Origin: an uncultured virus (IMG/VR IMGVR_UViG_3300040816_000784)
Taxonomy: Duplodnaviria; Heunggongvirae; Uroviricota; Caudoviricetes
DNA length: 64,000 nt
IMG/VR virus record: IMGVR_UViG_3300040816_000784
Strand: one strand, 5' to 3'
Shown here: positions 48,831 through 57,612 of the stretch, piece after piece
How the letters are laid out: each line of letters starts with the position of its first letter
How positions within the stretch are numbered: the first letter of the stretch is position 1
The notes under the pieces: model-generated
Seen by the model: the letters and a program-made list of their open reading frames with translations, nothing else
Databases searched by the model: none
What the model was told of the DNA's origin: nothing
Translations under genes and position numbers: made by a program

Positions 48831-50080
48831 AAAAAACTCTCAATTAAAATTTCTTCTATGTTTTCAACACCTCGGCTTTGTAAGTAATACTTTTGATGTT
48901 CATTTATATTACTAATAGTACAACCATGTTGGCATTGTATTTCTTTTGTTTTAATATCTAGTATTGGTCTAGTATGCATTTTAGTATTCTTGTTTAACAT
49001 TAGATTTTGATTGTTCATAGTACCATTAAAATTTGTACTCATTGAACCAACATCATAACGACCAATAAAACTAGTGTTGGCGTATTCGTTACCAACATTT
49101 TTAATATCTATATTACTGTAATTATCAACATCGTTGCTAATATGATGTATGAACTGGTGATAATCGTTTCCTTTGTGAATATTGTTTCTACCTATCACTT
49201 CAACCTTGTTACCAGATGAACTCTGTATGTAAAAATTTTCTTGTGTATATTGGCTACCAGTGTTTGTAGATTTAATTGTTAGTTCGCTATTAGGGTGGCA
49301 AATAAATACACTATCAAACAAACTCCAACCACCTTTATCTTTTGTTGTTCTATCTATTTCAAGTTTACTACCTTCACGTAAAATATAAATGCTGTAATTC
49401 ATTTGTCCAGCACTAGTTCTAACTTTTTCTTTTAGTTTTACACTAACGTTATGTTGTATATCAAACATAGTTGTATTGCTGGATAATGTGTTTTCTTTAA
49501 GTTCATTTAAGTAATTTACAGTCAATGGTTTCTTTTCATACAACTGTTTACTACTAGCAGGAAATACCATTATGTTTACAAAAGGACTAAGTGAATATGT
49601 AGTGTTTGTAAAATTATCCATTTGCTTGATATACTTTATATACTCCTTTTGTTTTGAAGTATTAGTTGTAATAGCATCAAGTATAGTTACACTAGGCGAC
49701 CTATTGTGAGAGATATTGTTACTAGCAAGAACTGTGCCATCTACAATAACCATTTCATTTGATTTATCTGCTACCCATTCAAAATCACCATAAGATGATT
49801 TTCTATCTGTTCTAGGAGCAATCTCTAAACCATATAGTTTATGTAGATTAGAAAAATTAAATTGTTCGCTTTTAGGATTAGGCAACCCTGTTTGTTTAAG
49901 ATATTTTAAATTATCTATATATGGTTTTTCAAAAACATTAGCATAACTTACAACATTTTTATCATCAAGTAATCCTGGTAATAATGTTTCTGTGGTGAAT
50001 TCAAACAACTCAGATAATTTGTAGTTGTCTGTTTTTTGAGGGTCTGCTAGTAATACTTCTGCAAATAAATTCTTATACAT
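48824..50080 (-). CDS. sufD: SufD-like protein (divergent)
   Basis: GLPNPKSEQFNFSNL; C-terminal TRPILDI..IQCQHGCTI...YYLQSRG; position between sufC and sufS. Confidence 0.82.
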   Translation of the reverse strand: MYKNLFAEVLLADPQKTDNYKLSELFEFTTETLLPGLLDDKNVVSYANVFEKPYIDNLKYLKQTGLPNPKSEQFNFSNLHKLYGLEIAPRTDRKSSYGDFEWVADKSNEMVIVDGTVLASNNISHNRSPSVTILDAITTNTSKQKEYIKYIKQMDNFTNTTYSLSPFVNIMVFPASSKQLYEKKPLTVNYLNELKENTLSSNTTMFDIQHNVSVKLKEKVRTSAGQMNYSIYILREGSKLEIDRTTKDKGGWSLFDSVFICHPNSELTIKSTNTGSQYTQENFYIQSSSGNKVEVIGRNNIHKGNDYHQFIHHISNDVDNYSNIDIKNVGNEYANTSFIGRYDVGSMSTNFNGTMNNQNLMLNKNTKMHTRPILDIKTKEIQCQHGCTISNINEHQKYYLQSRGVENIEEILIESFLC

Positions 50081-50768
50081 TTTCAAACCCACTACTAAAA
50101 ATTTTATCTGCTAATGACTTATCACCAATTTGTACACCGTCTTTTTTAAGTAAGACAACAGCATCTGGGTTTAAACCATCAATGAGTTTTTCGTAGTGAG
50201 TAACAACAACCAATGTGTTGTTTTCGTTTTTCCAGGTAGATAGTTTTTCTATAAGTGACTTTATACCGTCAACATCTAAACCACTATCTGGTTCATCTAA
50301 CATTGCAATTTTAGTGTCTAACATAAGCATTTGTATGAGCTCATTCTTTTTCTTTTCGCCACCACTTGCGTCTGTGTTTAAGTTTCTTTTATCCCATTCT
50401 TCTGGCAAGCCTAATTGTGTACTAATATCTCTAAACTTATCTAAGTTTTCTTTTAAGTCGATTGCTTTAATATTGTTTGCTTGTCTGATAAACTGGAAGT
50501 TACTTAATCCTGGAATACTAGTAGGTGCTTGAAAACCTATAAAGATTCCTAGTTTTGCACGTTCATCAGTTTCAAGTTCTGTTAAGTCTATACCATTAAA
50601 TTCTACATCACCGTGTGTATCAAGATCAGGTCTTCCCATGATACCATGTAATAATGTGCTTTTGCCTACGCCATTAGCACCCATAACAACATAAGTCTTA
50701 CCTTCCTCAAAGGTAATATCAACATTGCTGAATATATCTTTAATACTAAAATTTTGTAGTTTTAACAT
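50073..50768 (-). CDS. sufC: Fe-S assembly ABC ATPase
   Basis: GANGVGKST, SGGEKKKNE, LDEPDSGLDVD, VTHY. Confidence 0.95.
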   Translation of the reverse strand: MLKLQNFSIKDIFSNVDITFEEGKTYVVMGANGVGKSTLLHGIMGRPDLDTHGDVEFNGIDLTELETDERAKLGIFIGFQAPTSIPGLSNFQFIRQANNIKAIDLKENLDKFRDISTQLGLPEEWDKRNLNTDASGGEKKKNELIQMLMLDTKIAMLDEPDSGLDVDGIKSLIEKLSTWKNENNTLVVVTHYEKLIDGLNPDAVVLLKKDGVQIGDKSLADKIFSSGFENV

Positions 50769-50774
50769 AAGGTT

Positions 50775-50803
50775 ATTATATACTATTTCTCTTCGCTTGT
50801 CAA
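50775..50803 (-). promoter_or_regulatory. Consensus sigma70 promoter for sufCDST (leaderless)
   Basis: TTGACA-17 nt-TATAAT, 6 nt before ATG 50768. Confidence 0.85.
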
Positions 50804-50941
50804 TTTTAAAATATAGTTATTGGCATCTTCTTCGGTGAGAAATTTTCTCTCCTTAATGATAACATTAGCATCATTATATAAAACTGCTCTATACGATATT
50901 TTATCACCTTCAAAATGTGTTGTAACAACTTGCCAATTCAT
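50783..50941 (-). CDS. 52-aa ORF between sufB and sufC (not in ORF track)
   Basis: [56 protein letters not shown] overlap with sufB stop. Confidence 0.65.
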   Translation of the reverse strand: MNWQVVTTHFEGDKISYRAVLYNDANVIIKERKFLTEEDANNYILKLTSEEK

Positions 50942-52383
50942 CCTACTGCTCCTTCTAATGTAACACCTAATAAACCATTCGCCTCAGCGGCAAACTCTAA
51001 AGGAAGTTTTTGAAAAACGTCCTTACAAAAACCATTTACAATCAAGTTCATTGCATCGTCTTCACTTAATCCTCTGCTTTGCAAATAATACATTTGCTCT
51101 TCACTGATTTTACCAGCACTTGCTTCATGCTCTAAAACAGCAGAATCGTTTTGACATGTTACATAAGGTAATGTAAGTGCTCTACTATCCTGTAGCATTA
51201 AACTATCACACTTAGTATAGTTCCTGGCATTGTGAGCACCTGGATTTACTTTAACAGAACCTCTATATGTATTTGTACTATCGCCAAAACTAATACCTTT
51301 AGATATAATGGTGCTTTTGGTGTTCTTACCAATGTGTATCATTTTAGTTCCTGTGTCTGCTTGTTGTTTACCTTTGGTGACAGCAACACTAAAAAATTCT
51401 CCTATACTGCCTTCGCCTTTTAATATACAACTTGGATATTTCCAAGTTACTGCTGAACCAGTTTCAACCTGTGTCCAACTTACTTTTGAATTCTTGCCTT
51501 CACACTTTGCACGTTTAGTAACAAAATTATATACTCCACCTACGCCGTTCTCATCTCCTGGATACCAGTTTTGTACTGTTGAATATTTTATTTCAGCATT
51601 ATCTAGGGTCACTAGCTCTACACACGCCGCATGTAACGTGTTTTCATCGTATGCTGGTGCTGTACACCCTTCTAAGTAACTAACGTAACTGTCCTCGTCT
51701 GCTATAATAAGTGTGCGTTCAAACTGCCCTGTGTTACGAGCATTTATGCGGAAATATGTATTAAGTTCCATAGGACATCTTACACCCTTTGGAATATAGC
51801 AAAATGTTCCGTCTGTGAATACTGCTGAGTTTAGTGTAGCAAAGTAATTATCTGTATATGGTATAACACTACCTAAATACTTTTTTACTAAGTCTGGATG
51901 TGATTGTATGGCTTCGCTGATGCTACCAAATACAATACCATACTTTTCTAGTTCTGCTTTGAATGTTGTAGCAACACTAACACTATCAAATACTGCGTCA
52001 ATGGCTACTGAAGGAATAACATTTGGATCTTTTTCAATACCAAGTAATGCGTCACGTTCGTGTAATGGTACACCTAACTTTTCAAATGTATCAAATATTT
52101 CTTGTGGGATATCATCTTTGTCTCTGCTTTTAGGTGCTGAATAATAACTGAGGGCCTGATAGTCAATTGGATCATAATTTAATTCACTCCAATCAGGCTC
52201 AGCCATTTCTTGCCAACGTTTAAATGCTTTTAGTCTAAATTCCAATAACCATTCGGGCTCTTCTTTAATTGCACTGATATTTCTTATAGTGGATTCATCA
52301 AGGCCAGGAGGTAAACTTACCGAATCTGTTTCGGTACTAAACCCTTCTTTGTATTTGGTTTGATTTAAATTATTTACTGTCAT
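50938..52383 (-). CDS. sufB: Fe-S cluster scaffold SufB
   Basis: [50 protein letters not shown]. Confidence 0.97.
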   Translation of the reverse strand: MTVNNLNQTKYKEGFSTETDSVSLPPGLDESTIRNISAIKEEPEWLLEFRLKAFKRWQEMAEPDWSELNYDPIDYQALSYYSAPKSRDKDDIPQEIFDTFEKLGVPLHERDALLGIEKDPNVIPSVAIDAVFDSVSVATTFKAELEKYGIVFGSISEAIQSHPDLVKKYLGSVIPYTDNYFATLNSAVFTDGTFCYIPKGVRCPMELNTYFRINARNTGQFERTLIIADEDSYVSYLEGCTAPAYDENTLHAACVELVTLDNAEIKYSTVQNWYPGDENGVGGVYNFVTKRAKCEGKNSKVSWTQVETGSAVTWKYPSCILKGEGSIGEFFSVAVTKGKQQADTGTKMIHIGKNTKSTIISKGISFGDSTNTYRGSVKVNPGAHNARNYTKCDSLMLQDSRALTLPYVTCQNDSAVLEHEASAGKISEEQMYYLQSRGLSEDDAMNLIVNGFCKDVFQKLPLEFAAEANGLLGVTLEGAVG

Positions 52384-52679
52384 TCTACTCGTTCAACTTT
52401 AAGTTGCAAAGGATGTCCTGATGCTCTACTTATAGCAATGGCTTCAGTACATTTTTGATCTGCAATCTCATGATTATATGTACCGGCAATAGCACTTCCT
52501 TTGTTGTGAACAAGCATTGTTAAATCTTTCGCTGTATTAAGATTTCTATTAAAAATTTCTACTAGGATTCTAATTACAAAATCCATAGGAGTAAAATCAT
52601 CGTTAAATATGATTACATTATAGTTAGAGGGATATCGTAGTTCTGTTCTAACTTTAGTTTTTGTTTGTTGTTTTGACAT
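52380..52679 (-). CDS. clpS: Clp protease adaptor ClpS
   Basis: [28 protein letters not shown]. Confidence 0.93.
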   Translation of the reverse strand: MSKQQTKTKVRTELRYPSNYNVIIFNDDFTPMDFVIRILVEIFNRNLNTAKDLTMLVHNKGSAIAGTYNHEIADQKCTEAIAISRASGHPLQLKVERVE

Positions 52680-52682
52680 ATA

Positions 52683-52886
52683 CTATTTACTGTGTGGTGG
52701 TAACTTTGCTTCTATGAACCATTCGTGTTTTTGCTTTACCGGATTATACTTCTTTAATTTTAACTTAATATTTTCAGAAGTCAACCTTTTTGTTTTCACT
52801 GCGGTGTAATGGTAGGTGTGACTATCTCTAGTTTCACCTTCAGGTATCATATATACTGTAGTTCGTCTCTTGTCTTTCTTTGCCAT
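52683..52886 (-). CDS. rpmG: Ribosomal protein bL33 (no zinc-binding cysteines)
   Basis: MAKK...YHYTAVKTKR...KLKLKKYNPVKQKHEWFIEAK. Confidence 0.8.
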   Translation of the reverse strand: MAKKDKRRTTVYMIPEGETRDSHTYHYTAVKTKRLTSENIKLKLKKYNPVKQKHEWFIEAKLPPHSK

Positions 52887-52947
52887 AAATCTACTCAATA
52901 AAAAGGGGAGAACAGTTCTCCCGTCTCCCCAATATTTACCTATAGAT

Positions 52948-53391
52948 CTACTTGATTGAAATCTTTTGTGGTTTCATTGCATCAGGAACATTCTTAAACA
53001 ATGAAATTCTCAAAATACCGTCTTCAAGTTTGGCATCTTTAACTTCTACATACTCTGCTAATTTGAAAGTTCTCACGAAGTTTCTTTCAGCAATACCCTT
53101 ATGTAACCATTCTCTATTGTCACTGTCAAGTACTTCTGACTTACCAGTAATTTTTAGTGTGCCATCTTCAAGTTCAATATCAATGTCTGCTTTCTTAAAT
53201 CCTGCAACTGCAAGAGTAATTTCATAGACATCTTCTGCATCTTTTGAGATGTTGTAAGGGGGATAACCAGATGTATTTACAAATGAAGGTTCATTAAAGA
53301 ATTCATTTACAAGTTGGTCGAAGCCAATTGAGGCTTTATAAAGTGGGGAAAGTGTGTCGGTCGTGACACGGAATTGTTGTTTTGCTACCAT
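52948..53391 (-). CDS. Small heat-shock protein (Hsp20/IbpA-like)
   Basis: GYPPYNI, LAVAGF, LHKGIAERNF, LEDGIL. Confidence 0.95.
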   Translation of the reverse strand: MVAKQQFRVTTDTLSPLYKASIGFDQLVNEFFNEPSFVNTSGYPPYNISKDAEDVYEITLAVAGFKKADIDIELEDGTLKITGKSEVLDSDNREWLHKGIAERNFVRTFKLAEYVEVKDAKLEDGILRISLFKNVPDAMKPQKISIK

Positions 53392-53464
53392 AATAATCTC
53401 CTTAAATTAAGCAAGTTTATATTCTATTTTCCTAAGATGTTTAAACCCAATTGGCGAATAAACA

Positions 53465-53838
53465 AATCGTCTTTAGCAGGGCATTCGTTAGTGTGTGTCC
53501 TGTCCTGCTAAATCCTTCCCTAACTTCGCTTTCTACTAACAGGTGTTGCCATCTATTAGTCTGTACTTGGTAGGGCCAAGTTGTATTTCTACACGTGGTC
53601 GATTAGGCCCGTGCTCTTTTGAAGACTTATATTGCAAAGCCCGAGCACTTTTGAAGATCTAATCTTCCTAGCCTCTTATTACTATCCAGTCACAATCATC
53701 CGTAGTAGGCAAATTTCACTTACGATCCTTTTGCCCTTACTTCGATTGCTCCCTTCGTTTGCACATCGAGGGCAATTTTGATTTGCAGTAGACTTTAGTT
53801 TCTTACGATTCTATTGCCCTTGCATTTCTAAATTGCAA
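53465..53838 (-). ncRNA. Candidate large structured ncRNA, class unassigned
   Basis: ORF-free, less AT-rich region with about 9 helices, GNRA loops, two 19-nt internal repeat pairs; upstream TATAAATA box. Confidence 0.7.
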
Positions 53839-53841
53839 AGT

Positions 53842-53888
53842 TATTTATACAACTTATATATTATATAGTGTTTTTTTGGTAAAAATCA
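53842..53888 (-). promoter_or_regulatory. T4-type late box plus sigma70-like promoter in front of the ncRNA/hsp20 unit
   Basis: Exact TATAAATA at 53842-53849; TTGATT-18 nt-TATAAT further upstream. Confidence 0.65.
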
Positions 53889-53920
53889 ACCTATTTTTGC
53901 AAAAAACCATAAGTATTTGC

Positions 53921-54868
53921 ATGATTTTCCATAAACATAGCCATGTTGGGGTGATTGGTGATAGAAATATACAGATTTTAGAACACATTCAAAACCAATT
54001 ACCAGGGTGGCATATCATAGATGCAACCTACTTATTTAGACTAAAACCAGTATATTGGCAACACCCAGATAATAGATTTTTGTATAATGATACTATTCCT
54101 AATAGAAGATTACTTGTACAACAATTAGATCCTGGTACTTACTTAAAAAATAATGAATTCATGGATCAATTGAATTTTAATCATTTGCCATGTGTAAGTG
54201 ATGTTACATGTGATTGGAATTTTTGGGCATGGTTGTATGGACAAGACAGAGAATATTATAACTTGAATTCTATTCCATTAAATTTAAAAGATGACTTTAA
54301 TCACTTTTTGTTTTTTAATAAGAAAGCACCATTACATAGAAAACATGCAATAGATAATATAATAAACCATGACCTAACTGATTATGGCATTGTAACTGTT
54401 GATGATGGTGAACGTTATATGACTTTTGAAGGCAACACCAGAGAACCTACAGACTACGGTGGTCAATTATTTAACGATCACAACAAGACACCGCCTGATG
54501 GTGGTTTAGGTAATAAAGATGTAGTTGCAAACACCTTCTGTTACATTGTAGGAGAAACTACTTTTAATGATAGATTTCTAAGTGAAAAAACTTGGAAGCC
54601 TATTATAGCAAAAAGACCTTTCTTACATTTACATCCAGAAAAGTACAAGGCATTACAGGATATGGGATTCAAAACATTTGATTGTTTATGGGACGAAGAA
54701 CGTGATTGGTTTGAAAACTTATTACATCTAACTACATGTAACAAACAGCAAGTACAGGATATGTATGATTCAGTACAAGATATACTAGATTATAATTATG
54801 ACTACTTTTGGGGAGAGTTCCAAGAGAAAAATATTGCTAATTTGAATCAGTACCTTCTTCAGATCTAA
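53921..54868 (+). CDS. Putative glycosyltransferase-like protein
   Basis: FFNKK..HR, ET...FLSEKTWKPI..RPF...MGFKTF; start taken at ATG 53921. Confidence 0.55.
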   Translation: MIFHKHSHVGVIGDRNIQILEHIQNQLPGWHIIDATYLFRLKPVYWQHPDNRFLYNDTIPNRRLLVQQLDPGTYLKNNEFMDQLNFNHLPCVSDVTCDWNFWAWLYGQDREYYNLNSIPLNLKDDFNHFLFFNKKAPLHRKHAIDNIINHDLTDYGIVTVDDGERYMTFEGNTREPTDYGGQLFNDHNKTPPDGGLGNKDVVANTFCYIVGETTFNDRFLSEKTWKPIIAKRPFLHLHPEKYKALQDMGFKTFDCLWDEERDWFENLLHLTTCNKQQVQDMYDSVQDILDYNYDYFWGEFQEKNIANLNQYLLQI

Positions 54869-55238
54869 GTGCTTCTTCTATGTAAGGACCTAAATCATGT
54901 ATAGGCAACTTGTTACTAAACTTTAATTTAAACATCATCATATCTTCTTTAGACCATGGTCTAGTTCTAAGTGATGCTTTTGCAATCACATTCACATACA
55001 ATGTCATACTATCTACAACAGACTCGTCCCAAGGATTGCCATAGTTTATTTCAAACTGATAATCAGTGTCCATACTCTCAAACCACTTTCTAAAAGGTAT
55101 AAGAGCATTGTGGATACCTGCTTCAGTTATCCATTCATAGTCTGCATCATCATTGCATGGAGCACAAATCAACAATACTGAATCTATAGTATTCTCGTGA
55201 ATATTCTTCTTTAAAAAGTTTTCTTTATTATCTGCCAT
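54837..55238 (-). CDS. Hypothetical protein
   Basis: 133-aa ORF. Confidence 0.6.
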   Translation of the reverse strand: MADNKENFLKKNIHENTIDSVLLICAPCNDDADYEWITEAGIHNALIPFRKWFESMDTDYQFEINYGNPWDESVVDSMTLYVNVIAKASLRTRPWSKEDMMMFKLKFSNKLPIHDLGPYIEEALRSEEGTDSN

Positions 55239-55243
55239 AAACG

Positions 55244-55450
55244 TTATGATTCGTCTTCGCCATAACGTCCACGTTCACGATTGCCATCACTGTTAAGTTC
55301 CGTAAGGTCTTGTTGTTTGTGTTTGAAATTTTTTTCTACTTCTGGTGTTTTCTTTCCCCAAATCCTTTCCCAAGAATCTGCGTAAGTGCTATTGTCACTG
55401 CTTACTTTAGATTGAATACTGTCACCAGTAATGTCATTTTTTGTTGCCAT
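55244..55450 (-). CDS. Hypothetical phage protein
   Basis: 68-aa ORF with AAGGA SD. Confidence 0.65.
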   Translation of the reverse strand: MATKNDITGDSIQSKVSSDNSTYADSWERIWGKKTPEVEKNFKHKQQDLTELNSDGNRERGRYGEDES

Positions 55451-55637
55451 TTTCCTTTGCCTTATTAGTGCGTTCCTCTGCTGTTACTAGAACCGCTTCA
55501 CAATGAGGACATGTTAAATCAATATCTAACATATCACAAATTGCTTGGTGTTTTACAAAATTTTCTTTAGGTTCTTTTTCCATACTATTCCACATTTCTG
55601 TTGGTACAGGGTAACCCACGTGCTTAATAGTTTGCAA
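55434..55637 (-). CDS. Small protein with CPHC motif
   Basis: 67-aa ORF overlapping neighbours. Confidence 0.55.
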   Translation of the reverse strand: MQTIKHVGYPVPTEMWNSMEKEPKENFVKHQAICDMLDIDLTCPHCEAVLVTAEERTNKAKENGNKK

Positions 55638-55890
55638 TGAACTTTAACTCATTATCAACTTCAGGATCATTCAAATGCCCTTTGACATCTGGATAGTCTT
55701 CGTTGTAATATATTTCGTTACCTTTGAGTAAGGCAAGTTCCCATAGACCTTTTTTGCCACCGTAACTATATTTATGCTTAATTACACTAGCACCGTAACC
55801 ATTCTTGAACTTGTACACATATTGTATACCACCGTATTCAGGTTTGTGTGTTTCAAAAGATTCTAACAGGTCGCTGTCTCTCATACTCAT
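55624..55890 (-). CDS. Hypothetical phage protein
   Basis: FKNGYGASVI...SYGG..GLWELA. Confidence 0.7.
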   Translation of the reverse strand: MSMRDSDLLESFETHKPEYGGIQYVYKFKNGYGASVIKHKYSYGGKKGLWELALLKGNEIYYNEDYPDVKGHLNDPEVDNELKFIANY

Positions 55891-55899
55891 TTTATTTTC

Positions 55900-56727
55900 C
55901 TATTTTAATAATTTATTATTATCATACATATGACAGATATCGCTAAATGTGTAATCATTATTGCCCATAAATCTTAGGCTCAATCTATTACCACTACTTG
56001 CATGTACTTTATGCCAACTACTTAGAGGTATAATGTACCCACAATCATATTTCACTTTTTCGCCAACCACGTTTAAACTATCTGCATGTTCTTTAGATAA
56101 TAAAAAATCTCCATGTGATGCTGTCAGTATATCCTGTTTTAACGTTATAGGTTCTAACCCTTCTGCATCTGATTGTTGCAGTAAGTTATGTTTTTGTTTA
56201 TGTTCTGATAGTAACTTTTTAGATAGATTTTCTAGCTCAATTGAACCTTTAGCAAATTGTACACTAGTTTCTTCTTTCTCACCATAAAAAGGAAAATTAA
56301 ATGCAAAATTACTTCTATTGTTTAAGTACTCACGCATCTGATCATCAGCCCAATAAGGATGTCCTTCTCTGTGCCAAAGAGTTGTTCCATGAAATTTAAT
56401 TAAAGTTATAGGAAAATGTACTTTACCAAATCCTCTTTGTGGAGACATAAGAAGATTACTTTGAAAAGTATCTAGGAACCATTCATAAAGTGTTCTACCT
56501 ACTCTATTACCGTTAGGTACTGCTAATAAATAAGGAAGTTCACTGTCACCTGATTTTATAAGTTGAGGCAACCACATAAAACTTGTAGTAGCAGTTGGTT
56601 TATCTACATGATAACTGCCGTCTGCTATATCTATATCCTGATCGTCAAAAACATCTTCCCACTTTATAGGTAACTCTAGATTAGGTAAATCTATAAAAGG
56701 ATGTGTTTCTTTATCTTCCCTCAACAT
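55900..56727 (-). CDS. Putative 2OG-Fe(II) oxygenase-like protein
   Basis: WHRE (HxE), FNFP, WHKV, RLSLRF. Confidence 0.5.
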   Translation of the reverse strand: MLREDKETHPFIDLPNLELPIKWEDVFDDQDIDIADGSYHVDKPTATTSFMWLPQLIKSGDSELPYLLAVPNGNRVGRTLYEWFLDTFQSNLLMSPQRGFGKVHFPITLIKFHGTTLWHREGHPYWADDQMREYLNNRSNFAFNFPFYGEKEETSVQFAKGSIELENLSKKLLSEHKQKHNLLQQSDAEGLEPITLKQDILTASHGDFLLSKEHADSLNVVGEKVKYDCGYIIPLSSWHKVHASSGNRLSLRFMGNNDYTFSDICHMYDNNKLLK

Positions 56728-56736
56728 AATTTGTAT

Positions 56737-56970
56737 TTATTCTTTTATTTTTCTAGCAAACTTTAATTCTTGTTGCCAGTTACTATCATTCATAGCCTCA
56801 TGGCCTGAGCCTTCCTGTGCTAAAATAATTCTACCACCATCCATATCTATACGAATACTATCGGTAGTAATAACTTCACCGTGCCTACCCATAAACACGC
56901 CTGTCATTTTTCCTTGGGTATCTTCTTTATGTACCTTTTCAATTAGTTCTATTAGTTCTTCCTTTCTCAT
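56737..56970 (-). CDS. Hypothetical protein
   Basis: 77-aa ORF. Confidence 0.6.
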   Translation of the reverse strand: MRKEELIELIEKVHKEDTQGKMTGVFMGRHGEVITTDSIRIDMDGGRIILAQEGSGHEAMNDSNWQQELKFARKIKE

Positions 56971-57125
56971 ACTATATTTTCAGTTTTTTTAATTTCAACA
57001 TCATCAAAATAATTTTTTAACTCATTATTATTTTGGGTTTGGAATACAACAAATCCTCCTACGATTATTACTCCGAGAAGCAATAATGGTATTACTATAA
57101 GTTGCATTATGTCATCAAAGCTCAT
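56967..57125 (-). CDS. 52-aa single-TM protein (not in ORF track)
   Basis: MSFDDIMQLIVIPLLLLGVIIVGGFVVFQ...; ATGA overlaps at both ends. Confidence 0.65.
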   Translation of the reverse strand: MSFDDIMQLIVIPLLLLGVIIVGGFVVFQTQNNNELKNYFDDVEIKKTENIV

Positions 57126-57610
57126 CCTCTACGCATCCTTGCAATATCTTTTGCTTGGTCTGTGCCTTTCATGACTGGTACTGCATTACTTTTGTGCATA
57201 GTTGCAATACCTTGTATAAGGTCGCCTGTGTACTTCATAGGCTCTTTCTTAGTGCCTTTACCGTCCATGCTAGTATTAAAAGTACCATTCTTCATAGCCT
57301 CTTCCATAAGACTAGGATACTTTTCTCTGTGTTCTCTATCTGCGTCTGCTCTCCAGTTAGTTTCTGGTATGCGAGTTTTAAATGTAGAACGATCACGTGG
57401 ATCAGGCTTTTTCTTGAGACCGTAACAGTACTCAATATACTCATCAAGTGTATCGTATCTCATATGATGCAAATATTTTTGCTTCATAGATTTGTTGTAC
57501 TCACGCCACCTAAGTTCTAACTCTTTAAGTTTACCTTTAGTCATCTTAGGTAACTTGCGAGTTTTACGAGTGTTGATAGTACTTAGACCTTGTTGTAAAT
57601 GCATTGTCAT
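57122..57610 (-). CDS. Basic hypothetical phage protein
   Basis: C-terminal YTGDLIQGIATMHKSNAVPV...ARMRR. Confidence 0.75.
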   Translation of the reverse strand: MTMHLQQGLSTINTRKTRKLPKMTKGKLKELELRWREYNKSMKQKYLHHMRYDTLDEYIEYCYGLKKKPDPRDRSTFKTRIPETNWRADADREHREKYPSLMEEAMKNGTFNTSMDGKGTKKEPMKYTGDLIQGIATMHKSNAVPVMKGTDQAKDIARMRRG

Positions 57611-57612
57611 AA

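Noticed and set aside
53465..53838. RNase P RNA, tmRNA or self-splicing intron
   Set aside because: GUAAGGGCAAAAGG and GGAGCAA recall RNase P but are in the wrong order, and GAGGAAAGUCC and ACAGAAnnCGGCUUA are absent; no tRNA-like ends or tag frame; no interrupted gene or domain V
53876..53920. TTG start at 53876 for the plus-strand gene
   Set aside because: Overlaps the divergent promoter region; ATG at 53921 after an ATAAGTA box is more plausible
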